Of a stretch of DNA of 61,043 bases, positions 1 through 10,169 are shown piece after piece. The position numbers and the translations under genes are program-made. Position 1 is the stretch's first letter. Each line of letters starts with the position of its first letter. Source of the DNA: Nitrospirota bacterium. GTDB lineage: Bacteria; Nitrospirota; UBA9217. The stretch spans positions 1 to 61,043 of the forward strand of contig CAVUHW010000005.1 of assembly GCA_963741205.1 (NCBI GenBank), written 5' to 3'. The notes under the pieces were generated by a model. It saw only the letters and a list, made by a program, of their open reading frames with translations, ran no database searches and was not told where the DNA came from.

Positions 1-139
1 TTTCATTGCCTTCTACTGAGCGACCGCAGAAAAAGCTTTTGCAGACCGAAGTATGCGAGAGCGGCAGGATCGTCAACTAGGGCACACCTTCGGAAATACG
101 AAAAGACGAGCGATTGATCGCCGCCTATCCGGGGTAGGG

Positions 140-230
140 TGACTTCTGGTTGTACTATTCAGCGCGTTTTCCATCCTGTAGTTCACGCTAAACACAAATC
201 GTGGATCTGCGCACTTCATGTCGTGAGTAT
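140..230 (+). repeat. Array-associated non-coding repeat, copy 1 (3' module)
   Basis: catcctgtagttcacgctaaacacaaatcgtggatctgcgcacttcatgtcgt matches copies at about 7620, 10890, 14180 and 23217. Confidence 0.85.
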
Positions 231-520
231 CAACACGTCGAATCTCCTGTACTATTGGTGTTCTTTCTTTGGCAACGATCAATACTTCTACATCTTATAT
301 TATTTGCTTAAGGTTTACTCGTTAAAGTCCAGCATAAGGAGCCAAAGACTGCAATCTGGGCACCCATCTCCACATGTGAGATGGAGATCCCCTTGACGGT
401 TTTATTGACTCTGCTGAACTAAGCCAGAATGCCAGCATTGCTTTTCCGGTTCAATGCCTATCCCTGATTCAAGCAGATGATGCGCAAGCCCGAGTCTCTG
501 TAACATACCCGAAACATCAA

Positions 521-556
521 AAAAGGGCAGCCACGCTGGAACCGCGGCTGCCCTTC
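521..556 (-). terminator. Rho-independent terminator of the upstream minus-strand surface protein gene
   Basis: gggcagcc...ggctgccc hairpin with an A-run on + (U-tract on -) just after the stop at 586. Confidence 0.7.
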
Positions 557-585
557 CTCATTTCTTATTGCCAAGGAACTGCCTC

Positions 586-3030
586 TTATTGAGTCTTGTA
601 GCTCCATACAGCACTCGAAGTCTGGCCGCCTTTGCCGTCGTCCGCAATGACCTTCCAGAAATACGTCGTGTTCGTCGTGAGGCCGGACACCTGGGTACTC
701 AACTGGTTGGCCGTGGCGCTGATCGGTGGCGTCGTCGCGTTGTCGTTGCTGCTTGAGTGGCAGGACATGAATACAACTCCAGAGAGCAAAAGGCATGTGA
801 TGGTAAGCATCGTCATCCTCGAGCGCTTTGATCCGCTGCCCGCGATGAAGCCGATCAAAATGATCCCCGCTCCGAAACTCCCCAGGCCGGCAAAGAACAG
901 TCCGGATGGCGCGGCTGCCGTAACGTCGGCATTCGTGCAGCCCGTCGTCATGGCCTGATCTGTACAGTTGTTGAAATGGTATATCACCGCGTCGCCATCG
1001 GGGTCCGCCGACTTGTTCCAGACGAACGTCATCGTAGCGGGGATCCCGGTCTGTCCGTTGATCGGCGAAACAAGGACGGGTTGCCGATGGGGGATTGTTT
1101 CCGGCCGCGGATATCCCGGCCCCGCTCACCGTCATGGTGACCGACGGCCTGTCCGGCCTCGTTGCTCGGAATATCGAATGTATCCGAGAGACCGCTGTTG
1201 GCGGTCGGCGCAAAGTGGACCGTGAGCGTGACAGTTGGCGGCCGGCGCAATCGTTTGACCGGAACACGGGTCTGCGGTGATGCTGAAAGGAGCGGCGAGC
1301 GGATCTGCGCTCGCGATCGTGCCGATGACCAGATTCGCGGTTCCCGTATTGGTGATGGTGACCGTCGCATCGGCCGTAGTTTCCGATCGCAGTGCCTGCC
1401 GAACGGTACCGCGTTATCATTCGCAGGGGCAATGGAATCCGTGACCGAGATGATCGGCACCGGCGACGGCTGTGCCCGTGCCGCTGAGGGCAAACGACGA
1501 CAGTCGGCGTAGCCGGGTCATTGCTCGGGATATTGAAAGTATCTGCTCGAAGCCGCGGCGGCGGTCGGCGCAAACCGCGCGGTTATCGTGCAGCTTCCCG
1601 CGCGCGGCAGCGTCATGTCCCGAACAGAGTGTTGGCCGAGGATGCTGAACGGCGCTGCAAGGGGATCTGCAACGGCGATGGTGCTGATGATAAGGGCGCC
1701 GTCGCCGGCATTGCTCAGGGTAATCAGATGATCAGAGGTTGTCCCGGTGGTCACGGTCGCCGAAATCGAAGGGCGGCGCGAGCGTAACCGTGATCTTCTG
1801 GGGCCTGAACTCGAATGCGCCCATGTCGCAGGTTGCCACGCCGTCAAGGGGAATGTTGCCGTCCACGGGCCGCGGGATTCCCCGTGCGTCCGTGGGAGGA
1901 CAGACTGTTGCCGAGCCCTTGTCGATGGCCGGGCTTCCCGCGGGTAGAGCAGTGGTTTGAAGAGCCCCCCCGTTAAGGGCGAGCGCGCCGAGCAGAGGGT
2001 CGGTATTAGGCAGGTCGCCTGGGCCGGCAAAGCCGCAGGTATTGCCGTTGTCAAGGTTGTTTCCCTGTGACGTGATCGCGCCGCCGCAGTTGGCGGGCGT
2101 ATTACCCGAGATGATCGTATTTCTGACCGTTACGATACTGCGGCGATATTTCGAATGCCGCCGATGGCAGCAACCGCTGCAGTGGACGTATTGCCGCTTA
2201 TCGTGACATTTTGCAGAGTGACGGTGCCGCGGTGTTGTCGATGCCCGCACCCTGTCCTGCCGAGCTATTGCCGCTGATCGTAATGTTCGTGAGCGTTATC
2301 GTGCCGTTGTTTTGGATCCCGCCGCCGGTGGTGTTGCCGCTCACTTCGCCGATGGTCCAGGTGAGCACTCCGGCCGCTCCGTTGTTGACACCGCCGCCGG
2401 TGGAGTCATTGTTCGTTACCGCGACCGTGTTCATGGGAGGGTACCGGAGTTGTCCACTCCGCCGGCTCCGGGAGCAGCGCCTCCGGCCTTACAGGCCGTG
2501 ACGACAGCATTGTTCAGCGTAACCGTTGTACCATTACCTACATGAATGCCGCCGCCCAGCCCGACGATGTTATTCCCGTTGCGGATGGTTACGCCCGAAA
2601 TGGTCACATTAGCGCCTACCCGGGTCTCAAACACTCTGTCGAGCGCGCCGCCGTCGATAATCGTCGTGGCCGCACCGGCGCCGGTGATGGTAAGCGCGCC
2701 TCCGAGTCCGGTGATGTTGAGGTCGCCGGTTGCAGCCGCATTTTCACCTGCTCCGGGAATGGTCAGCGTATAGGTCCCTGCAGGGAGGATAATGGTGTCG
2801 GCAACTCCGACGGAAGCATTCGCCGCCTGGATGGCCGAGCGGAGCGTGCATTGCCCTGCCCCGCTCACGCAATTGGCGGCAAGGCCGGCCGCGTCGAGCC
2901 GTGCTGTTGACCGTGAAAGTGTGCTGGCATGACCCTGGACCGGCCACAGGAAAAGCAGCATGAGTCCCAGTATGACGCCCCTCCCTGTTGGATTGAAAAG
3001 CTGTTTTGTTGCATGTTCATATCGTTTCTA
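586..3030 (-). CDS. Large secreted or surface protein (CSLREA-like N-terminus, choice-of-anchor Q beta-helix, choice-of-anchor D/Ig-like domains, C-terminal FN3-like domain); split by several frameshifts
   Basis: Fragments 2431-2961 (CTLRSAIQAANA, GDLNIT, DRVF), 2198-2434, 1732-2250 (ALPAGSPAIDKG, DARGIPRP..CDMGAFE) and 586-1032 (NTTYFWKVIADDGKGG) are collinear; RBS aaggagg near 3035; start approximate. Confidence 0.75.
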
Positions 3031-3705
3031 CCTCCTTAATGGGTTTTATGTACGTGATTATATATGAGTAAACAAGAGCTCATGCTTACAGTCCAGATAA
3101 GCGTGCGTTAGATGGTAGAACGATATCAACGAGGATACGTGATGCGGATGATTCACGCTATCATTCATCCCATGTAACTAGGGGAATTGCTTGGTTTTCG
3201 GATAAGAACCACACTTTTTCTTATCGATAGATATTAATATACCACAATGATGCAAGATTTTATTAAAGCGGATTAAAAACCCGGTTTTTATGTACCAGCT
3301 TAATACTGTCTCGATATTGGGACCCTACTTTACTTTACGTTAACGATGAACATTCTGTCCCCGATTCGGAACAGTTCCCGCTCCATGCGCAGGACATCCG
3401 GCGGGACCTCGCATATCTTCCGAAGCTCCTTCTCGAACATGGGGACCAGTTTGTCATTCAAGCGAGCTCCATGTCCATGAGGAAGACGGCTATGTTCATG
3501 TTGATGGGGGATATGGAGAGGCAAAGATTGCATTCCGAAATTAATAGTCGATGAGTTAAAATATTAGACCATCATGATGAGGAAAAGTGAATAAGAAAGC
3601 GTAATGAGCTGCAAACATGGTGCATATGATTCCCGATTTGCTTTATGAATTAAAAAAGAATTCCAGATGGATGTCTATGCCCACTTGGAAGATCTGGAAA
3701 TGATT

Positions 3706-4907
3706 TTAATCGATCCAAAAATACTCATTTTGAGAACTCGTGTCTAACGGACGGGATGGACGACCAGCCCGGATGCCATTTGACTTCAGACCTGAACTCC
3801 GATTGACCGGCAGCAGTATCGAGTTTGCCGCTTTGTGTTCCGCCTCCACGGCAATCCATTTCAATTCAATTTCAACTCTCGATTTAATCGCAATCGAGGA
3901 CGTGCCATCGGGCTGAAGCGTCCCTTCGACTTCAAGCGTGCATTCACGGCTCCATGCCACTCGACGGCACTGTACCTCCAGAAATATCGTTGCGTTGTTA
4001 GAGCTTTTCCTGTTCAGCTGCCCCATTCGGCACCATTCATCGTGAAGGAACCGATAGCTGCCAACGGCAATGCTCTGGATACTGACGTTATCTGCCGCTC
4101 TTTCTTGACACCTTCGCCAACTCCCATGGTTGCCTTATTCCCTCAATGGCGTCGCGGTAATCGTTATTGTCTTCCGTCTAGGGTTCCTTTTACTTCAACA
4201 TCGGCCCCAACAATGAGGTCTGCCGTCGTCAGATCGGGCATGTTCATTGTTACGGTGCGTTTACCACCGACGATTGTTCCCGATGGTCAAGCCGTTCCCT
4301 GTCACCGACGGTATTTCCGTGAAGCTCGGCCTTGCCGCTTGCACAAATGCATTTCTCTGAACTGAAATCCGTGTGCGCATGAAAAACACCCGAGTTACTG
4401 CATGCGGCCGTGAGCCTCGACTCCGGGATGCGTCGTGCCCGGTGAGCTTGGTTTGCAGCCCGGTTCAGCGCATCGGATACCCTTTGTCTTCAAATGATGG
4501 CGGTTGCCCTCGTAGCAACCTCCATGTCCCATGATCGATTAGCGTACCAGTGGTGCCGCTTACGACAACATTTGCCGCGGGTCCCGAAGTTCCGGCTGGA
4601 ACTCAATGGACTTGGATTCGCCCTTTTTCGTGGTTGCGTCGACAGCCCCTTTGACCGTGACATCATTCCGATCTTGAGGTCAGTTTGCACATGAGCTGTA
4701 TCGTCGAATTTGAATGTAACGGATGCATCGGGTGCATCCGCTTTCTTCGAAAATTCGACACCTTTGACGAATACGCTGCCGAAACCTGTGATGACGCCTG
4801 TGGTTACTTACGTCTTTGCAGCCATAACGGCCGTGCCGCTGTTACTGCTTGTACCATGACACCCAATAAAGGGCAGCGTCATGGTCAGCAGTACAGTGAG
4901 AAACATG
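3706..4907 (-). pseudogene. DUF5666-domain lipoprotein, disrupted by stops and frameshifts
   Basis: Lipoprotein-like start (LPFIGC), GVITGFGSVFVKGVEF and LEVEGTLQPDG...EIELKW repeats; several in-frame stops. Confidence 0.6.
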
Positions 4908-5119
4908 CTTCTCCTGAATTTCGCGTTAATGATTCGATCTCCTCTAGTTTTTCTATTCTTAATTGAACATTAGACGAACCACCGGTCAAAAGGTTACAGC
5001 GAAAAAACTTTCCAGAATACTTCCTGTACTATGCACACGGCCTCATCGTGCCGGGAGTGTAATTTTCATGTCGTAACATTCAGCGAGACCTTCATCCTTT
5101 TATGTTAAAAGTCAAGTCT

Positions 5120-5561
5120 GGTGTAGACTGGACAGGCTGGCCGAGGTTTTCCCCCGGGTTTTAGATGTTTTTTTTAATGGTCATGAAAGTGTGCCAGCCG
5201 TAGGGGGATTCCCCGGTGCATTCATCGTTAGTGAGACTTTTCTTTGTTGGGACAAAAAACGATTCTCACAAATGCCCCAGGATCAATTTCCCCGGGGCAG
5301 TCCATATCCTGATACCCCCTCCGTAGGATCCTTTCTCGGGATTTGCTCACAGAACGGACAAATCTTTAAAACCACGCTTTTATCAGCAGACATGCCTACA
5401 TCATAAAAGGCAGCTGCATTTCCTTGATCATGTATTAAAGTTGTGGGTCCGCAGTCTGTAGTAGTGCAGACACGCTTCATGAGCCGGCTGCAGGATGCAA
5501 CAAAGCGGTACCCACGATGGATCAGGTTCTAAGATTGGCCGCTCTAACGTGGTCCCGTTTC
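5120..5561 (-). ncRNA. Candidate seekRNA/bridge RNA region of the IS1111-type element
   Basis: Non-coding region 3' of the transposase; the minus-strand transcript contains CAUCCUG (5491-5497) and ACUACAG (5456-5462), matching top and bottom strands of CATCCTGTAGT around the shared core. Confidence 0.6.
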
Positions 5562-6632
5562 TTATTGTATAACCGCAGGCACATACTCCTTCTGGTTCTT
5601 CAGGACGTATCTGATGCGGTTCAATAGCTTTCTAGCGATATGAACGATGGCCCTTGTTTTTGGCATGTTCTTAGAGAGGCGTTCAAATGCCATCAGCAAC
5701 GCCGGGTCTTTCCGTGTAGCAATCCACGAGCTTTCAATAATCAAATGCCGAAGTGATTGGTTGCGTCGGTTGGTAATGCCTGTTGTTATGTCCTTTTCTC
5801 CGCTGGAGTCCGTATTGGGGATGAGACCGACATAGCTCGCAAGTTTGTCGAGTGATCCAAACCGATCGATATTACACAACTCCGTGAGAAACGTCATGGC
5901 GGTGAGTGTGCTGATCCCCGATACGGTTTTTAACAATTTCACATTAGCTTTATATTCATCTGACCGAGAGAGGACGCGAATGTTCCGATTCAATTCGACA
6001 ACGATCCCTCGGATATGGTGTAACTCTTGGAGATGCACCATAAAGGAGACATTGCCACTAGCCTTTTCCATGCGGATCGCCTCAAGCCATTTAATGAACT
6101 TGCTTGACCAGTTACTGGTAACAATGTCAGTGGGTAGATGAATGCCATAAAAAGCGAGCATGGACTTGATCTGGTTCTTGCACCGGGTCTGCTTCTTGAC
6201 CATGTTTCGTCGGGTTCTGATCAAGCTGCGATCTTCGACCTTTATCCGGGTGGGAACATAGATTCCTACAAGCTCTCCGTTTCTATGGCATCGGGCAAGT
6301 TTGCGGCAATCTACCTTATCGGTTTTGCCTGCCCGTTCCTTGTCTGTTGTCGGAATGTCAGCAGGATTTACCACTATGCAGTCGATGCCTTTTTCTCTTA
6401 ACTGGTCGTGGATCCAGAATCCGGAATAGCCGGCTTCATAAACAGCGTGATAGGTTGCGCCAGGGAAGTTCCGATTCAAGTAGTTGGCAAGAACCGATGG
6501 GTCCGGCGGTTGTGTAAAGGTCTTATGTTCAAACTGTTGAGTCAAGATGCATACACTCCAACTTTTCTTATGAACGTCCAAACCGACATAAATATGTTGA
6601 CCGCTGAAATCGAGTTTGCTAATGTTAATCAT
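5562..6632 (-). CDS. IS110-family DEDD transposase/recombinase
   Basis: YVGLDVHKKSW, YEAGYSGF, KTDKVDCRKLA, GLIPNTDSSG motifs; intact 356 aa. Confidence 0.95.
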   Translation of the reverse strand: MINISKLDFSGQHIYVGLDVHKKSWSVCILTQQFEHKTFTQPPDPSVLANYLNRNFPGATYHAVYEAGYSGFWIHDQLREKGIDCIVVNPADIPTTDKERAGKTDKVDCRKLARCHRNGELVGIYVPTRIKVEDRSLIRTRRNMVKKQTRCKNQIKSMLAFYGIHLPTDIVTSNWSSKFIKWLEAIRMEKASGNVSFMVHLQELHHIRGIVVELNRNIRVLSRSDEYKANVKLLKTVSGISTLTAMTFLTELCNIDRFGSLDKLASYVGLIPNTDSSGEKDITTGITNRRNQSLRHLIIESSWIATRKDPALLMAFERLSKNMPKTRAIVHIARKLLNRIRYVLKNQKEYVPAVIQ

Positions 6633-6712
6633 GGCAAGTCTCCTTTCGGTGTATTTTGGTCGCCTAAACGAAAATATACCTTAAGTCAGACTTGCCATTT
6701 TAATCATAAGGT

Positions 6713-6770
6713 CTGAAGTTCACGCCAGAGACCAATCGCAGTTTTGCGCACTTCATATCGAATTTATCAT
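6713..6770 (+). repeat. Array repeat copy 2, right half (left half about 5040-5098, split by the IS)
   Basis: ctgaagttcacgccagagaccaatcgcagttttgcgcacttcatatcg aligns with the other copies. Confidence 0.75.
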
Positions 6771-6829
6771 CCCAATCAGCCCTAGAAGAGACTACGAAGA
6801 GCATCGGCACAATTTCCCATTGTTTCCTA

Positions 6830-6883
6830 AAAGCGGACATTTCTACTTTGCTAAGAATAGGACATTTCTACTTTGGCTTGACA
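6830..6883. mobile_element. Solo IS end remnant (ISNCY/IS1202-like)
   Basis: Tandem ggacatttctactttg x2 ending in ttgaca; no associated transposase. Confidence 0.5.
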
Positions 6884-6949
6884 TACCCCGTCGATGCCGT
6901 TGACAACTTTTTAGAACAGGCATATATTCGTCGGAAGATTTAAACCGGC

Positions 6950-6967
6950 TTGGCATTATCATTGCTA
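6950..6967 (+). promoter_or_regulatory. Sigma-54 -24/-12 promoter
   Basis: tTGGCAttatcaTTGCt with exact GG-N10-GC spacing upstream of the DMT transporter. Confidence 0.7.
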
Positions 6968-7066
6968 AACTGGTAAACATCGAAAATCGTTCTTTCCTAC
7001 CCGGTTTATGGGTAGATAATCATTGGTTGAACAAAAGGGATAGACACAACCAAGGAGAGGCCACCG

Positions 7067-7510
7067 ATGAAATGGTTTTCAGTGCTGTTGGCTTTTGTGG
7101 CAGGCGCGGTCCTGCCGCTGCAGGCGGGCATCAATTCCCAGTTGAAAGGATATGCGGGCAGTGCTGTCGTGTCGACATTCATTTCATTCCTCGTAGGGAC
7201 CGTGGCGCTGTTTGCGCTGACGCTCGGTTTGCGGCTGCCGTGGCCGTCCCTGTCCGTGCTTGCGCAAGCACCCTGGTGGGCATGGACCGGCGGCCTGCTG
7301 GGAGCCGTGCTCGTCTACCTCGCAATCGTGCTGGCCGAGAGCCTGGGTGCGGCCGTGATGGTCGCCCTTATCATAACGGGACAGATGGTGGTCTCTCTCA
7401 TCCTGGACCATTATGGCCTGGTCGGGTATGCCAGGCACCCCATCAATCCCGCGCGCGTCCTGGGCACGGTGCTGCTCCTGGCTGGGGTGTTCCTGATACG
7501 GTATAAATAG
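7067..7510 (+). CDS. DMT-family small membrane transporter (YdcZ/DUF606-like)
   Basis: AGAVLPLQAGINSQL, PWWAWTGGLLGA, GQMVVSLILDHYGL motifs; RBS aaggag. Confidence 0.9.
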   Translation: MKWFSVLLAFVAGAVLPLQAGINSQLKGYAGSAVVSTFISFLVGTVALFALTLGLRLPWPSLSVLAQAPWWAWTGGLLGAVLVYLAIVLAESLGAAVMVALIITGQMVVSLILDHYGLVGYARHPINPARVLGTVLLLAGVFLIRYK

Positions 7511-7559
7511 GCTGAAACGTTGAGAGAGTTTCGAACCATTTTTACAGAGAGGGAAAGTG

Positions 7560-7680
7560 ACCTGCCCCGGCCGTGAAAAGGGGGGCTGATCTTTTCTGGT
7601 AGAAATGTTCAGTCTCAATATCATCCTTTTATGTAGTTCACGCCAGATACAAATCGTGGATCTGTGCACTTCATATGGTA
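7560..7680 (+). repeat. Array repeat copy 3, with a 5-nt insert at the core
   Basis: ctgatcttttctggtagaaatgttcagtctcaatatcatcct-tttat-gtagttcacgccagatacaaatcg. Confidence 0.9.
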
Positions 7681-8000
7681 ATCCGAAGCAACTACCCATA
7701 GTACCTTGAAGTAGGCTCTACGATTGAGTGCATTCTACCTTCTTTTCAGCTGGCCAATACGGCTGGCCCTCTACTCTGCCCATGCAGTCCCGCCGCCATA
7801 TTCCCAGGCAGTTTCATAGAGCAGATGCACGTTAGAAACGCTTCATCACCCTTTTCCCCTCCTATGTTTTACCCATGCCCTCTGAGAACAATTTCCCTTG
7901 AACCTAAGAGTTTATGCGGATATACAAAAAACCCTTCTTTTGATAAGGTTTATCTAACGGTAGAGAGAAACATATAGAGCGTGAAAGGAGGGAACACATC

Positions 8001-8369
8001 ATGCTTACACTTACTGGAGGACAGGTGGTCAAGAACGGAACGTATTGGGATATGACAACCGGATTCAGGGTAGATATGGACCAGGAAGGCGCTTTGCCCG
8101 GAGGGAAGAACGCAAAGTACGTCAAGACTTCGTCGGGCGTGATCATGCTGGCCGGTCCCATTCTCGGGCTCGTCTACATCATTGCCCTGCCGATCCTGGG
8201 AGTCGTAACGGCCTTCGGGCTCCTGCTGCAGAAAACGCTCGGCGGCGTGTTCAATTTCGGCAGAACCATCGTCTCCTTCGGATGGAGGCCCGCCGAGTCC
8301 TATCTAAGGGGAAAGAACAAGAAGAAAGAGGATGCTGATGGGGCCGGGAAGCAGCCGAAGACACGCTAA
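8001..8369 (+). CDS. Hypothetical membrane protein
   Basis: 122 aa ORF with strong RBS and a hydrophobic segment; C-terminus SFGWRPAESYL shared with the next gene. Confidence 0.8.
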   Translation: MLTLTGGQVVKNGTYWDMTTGFRVDMDQEGALPGGKNAKYVKTSSGVIMLAGPILGLVYIIALPILGVVTAFGLLLQKTLGGVFNFGRTIVSFGWRPAESYLRGKNKKKEDADGAGKQPKTR

Positions 8370-8431
8370 CAGGGAATGGCCTTGTCGATGAGACAATAAC
8401 CTTACTATTCCACCCCAAGGAGGATGAAACA

Positions 8432-8830
8432 ATGAATACCATGTTTGATTTCGTAACCCATGTCAAAGGAATCGAGTATATCCTGTCTCTTGGCCTGATC
8501 GCCGGGTATCTTATCGTCTGGGAGGCGCTGAAACCGAAGCCGTTCCGCACGGTCAAGGAGGTTGGGCAGGAAGATCTGGCGCATTTGAAACGCAGAGGCA
8601 TGCCGGAAATCCTGAAACTGGCCGGCAGAGTCGTTTCCGCGCCCTTTGTCGGATTGTTCTATATTGTCACACTGCCTTTCAGCATGGTCGCTGCCCTAGC
8701 CTATGCGGTTTACACGGGAGTTGCCGGAAAGGGAGCATCCTTCTCCTGGCGGCCGGCGGAAGCCTATCTTACCGGCAAGAAGAACAAGAAGCAGGAACCT
8801 TCGGACACGAACCGGCCTGAAAAGAAATGA
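8432..8830 (+). CDS. Hypothetical membrane protein with an HmcD-like N-terminus
   Basis: TMFDFVTHVKGIEYIL N-terminus; SFSWRPAEAYL C-terminus; RBS aaggagg. Confidence 0.75.
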   Translation: MNTMFDFVTHVKGIEYILSLGLIAGYLIVWEALKPKPFRTVKEVGQEDLAHLKRRGMPEILKLAGRVVSAPFVGLFYIVTLPFSMVAALAYAVYTGVAGKGASFSWRPAEAYLTGKKNKKQEPSDTNRPEKK

Positions 8831-9080
8831 TCTGCCCTCGAGGGAGAAGCTTTTCCGGGACCGGGAACGCTTCTCCCCGTGATGGAATCGTCACGAGCTG
8901 ACTGTGAAATATTCGAATTCCAATTAAAAGAAGGCAGCATCTTTCCATCCTATCTCTATTGTTCTTACCCGTTCTCTGCGCACACCATAAAGTTTAACCA
9001 CAATGTTTGTAGCGCTTACCCTAATAATACCACGCCTAAAACATTGACAAATCTTCATATCGATGCTTTTATCTATGTAG

Positions 9081-9190
9081 TTCCCGATCAAGCCAAACCC
9101 TTCGCGAGAGGGGGACGGAAAGCGGCGGGTCTTAAAAGACCAAGATGGCCGAGCTGCCGAAGGATAATCTTTGTGCAGGTCGGCTTTTTC
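9081..9190 (+). promoter_or_regulatory. c-di-GMP-I (GEMM) riboswitch with terminator-type expression platform
   Basis: GCCAAACCCTTC-GCGA-GAGGGGGACGGAAAGC...GCCGAGCTGCCGA; G at the specificity position; downstream gcaggtcggc + U-tract can pair with gccgagctgc; ttgaca upstream. Confidence 0.9.
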
Positions 9191-9304
9191 GTTTGGTAGA
9201 GGAGGGGATATCTACAAGAAGGACAGTCCATACTAGAATCATGCCACTTACTGTTTGTCAGTTCCCAGAATGAGTATTCAGTAAACATTGAAAGGAGTGA
9301 ATCC

Positions 9305-10111
9305 ATGTCGATCATTACTATTTCAAGAGGGTCCTACAGCAGGGGTAAGGAGGTTGCCGAACTCGTGGCTGCTGCGTTAGGGTATGAATGCATTTCGAGA
9401 GAAATTTTGCTGGAAGCCTCGGAGGAGTTCAACACACCGGAGCTGAAACTGGTCAGGGCACTCCATGACGCGCCTTCGATTCTCGACCGCTTCACGAACG
9501 GAAAAGAGCGCTATGTCGCATATATCCGGTCCACGCTCCTAAAACATGTGCGGAAAGATAATGTTGTGTATCATGGGCTGGGGGGCCATTTCTTTTTACA
9601 GGAAATCCCTCATGTCTTTAAGGTCAGAATCATCGCCGAGCTCGAAGACCGGCTCATGGAGGAGATGAAGCGTGAGAAAATATCCGCGGAAGAGGCGCGC
9701 TATATCCTGAAAAAGGATGACGACGAGCGCCGCAAGTGGACACTTCATCTGTATGGGAAAGATACAAGCGACGCAAGTCTTTATGACATGATGCTGCACA
9801 TCAAGACGATGAGCGTAAGAGACGCCGTCGAAATGATTCAGTGTGCCGTGAAACGCCCTTGTTTCCAGACCACGCCACAGTCTCAGGCCGTTCTGAACAA
9901 CCTGGTCCTGTCGTCCCAGGTGGAGGCCCAGCTGGTAAAGCAGTTCCCGTCTATTACCGCGTATGCGGAAGAGGGCGTGGTTACCGTCAGTATTAAAGCG
10001 CCATTGAGTCATGAGGATGAAATAACAGCACAGGTTAAGGAGGACGCTGGCAAGGTAGAAGGTGTCAAAACCGTAAAAGTATATATTTCTCCTTTGCCCA
10101 CTGGCGATTAA
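9305..10111 (+). CDS. Cytidylate kinase-like family protein with C-terminal BON-like domain
   Basis: IITISRGSYSRGKEVAELVA, VYHGLGGHFFL, DDERRKW, YDMMLH motifs. Confidence 0.9.
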   Translation: MSIITISRGSYSRGKEVAELVAAALGYECISREILLEASEEFNTPELKLVRALHDAPSILDRFTNGKERYVAYIRSTLLKHVRKDNVVYHGLGGHFFLQEIPHVFKVRIIAELEDRLMEEMKREKISAEEARYILKKDDDERRKWTLHLYGKDTSDASLYDMMLHIKTMSVRDAVEMIQCAVKRPCFQTTPQSQAVLNNLVLSSQVEAQLVKQFPSITAYAEEGVVTVSIKAPLSHEDEITAQVKEDAGKVEGVKTVKVYISPLPTGD

Positions 10112-10169
10112 CAACAGTACGTGGGGAGGGCTACGATATATCTACAGAAGCACAAAGGAGGACACGACC

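Larger units (their letters stand above)
5097..6714 (-). mobile_element. IS110-family, IS1111-type insertion sequence inserted at the CT core of the array repeat
   Basis: Sub-terminal imperfect inverted repeats tatgttaaaagtcaagtctg (5101-5120) and cagacttgccattttaatcata (6687-6708); CT at both junctions (5097-98, 6713-14); removing the element restores catcCTgaagttcacgcc; long non-coding region downstream of the transposase. Confidence 0.85.

Noticed and set aside
3330-3533. Short minus-strand ORF
   Set aside because: It looks like a gene fragment, but no family could be recognised with confidence.
9081-9165. Riboswitch as the cGAMP-sensing GEMM-Ib variant
   Set aside because: The specificity position is G (g-ccaaacc), not A.
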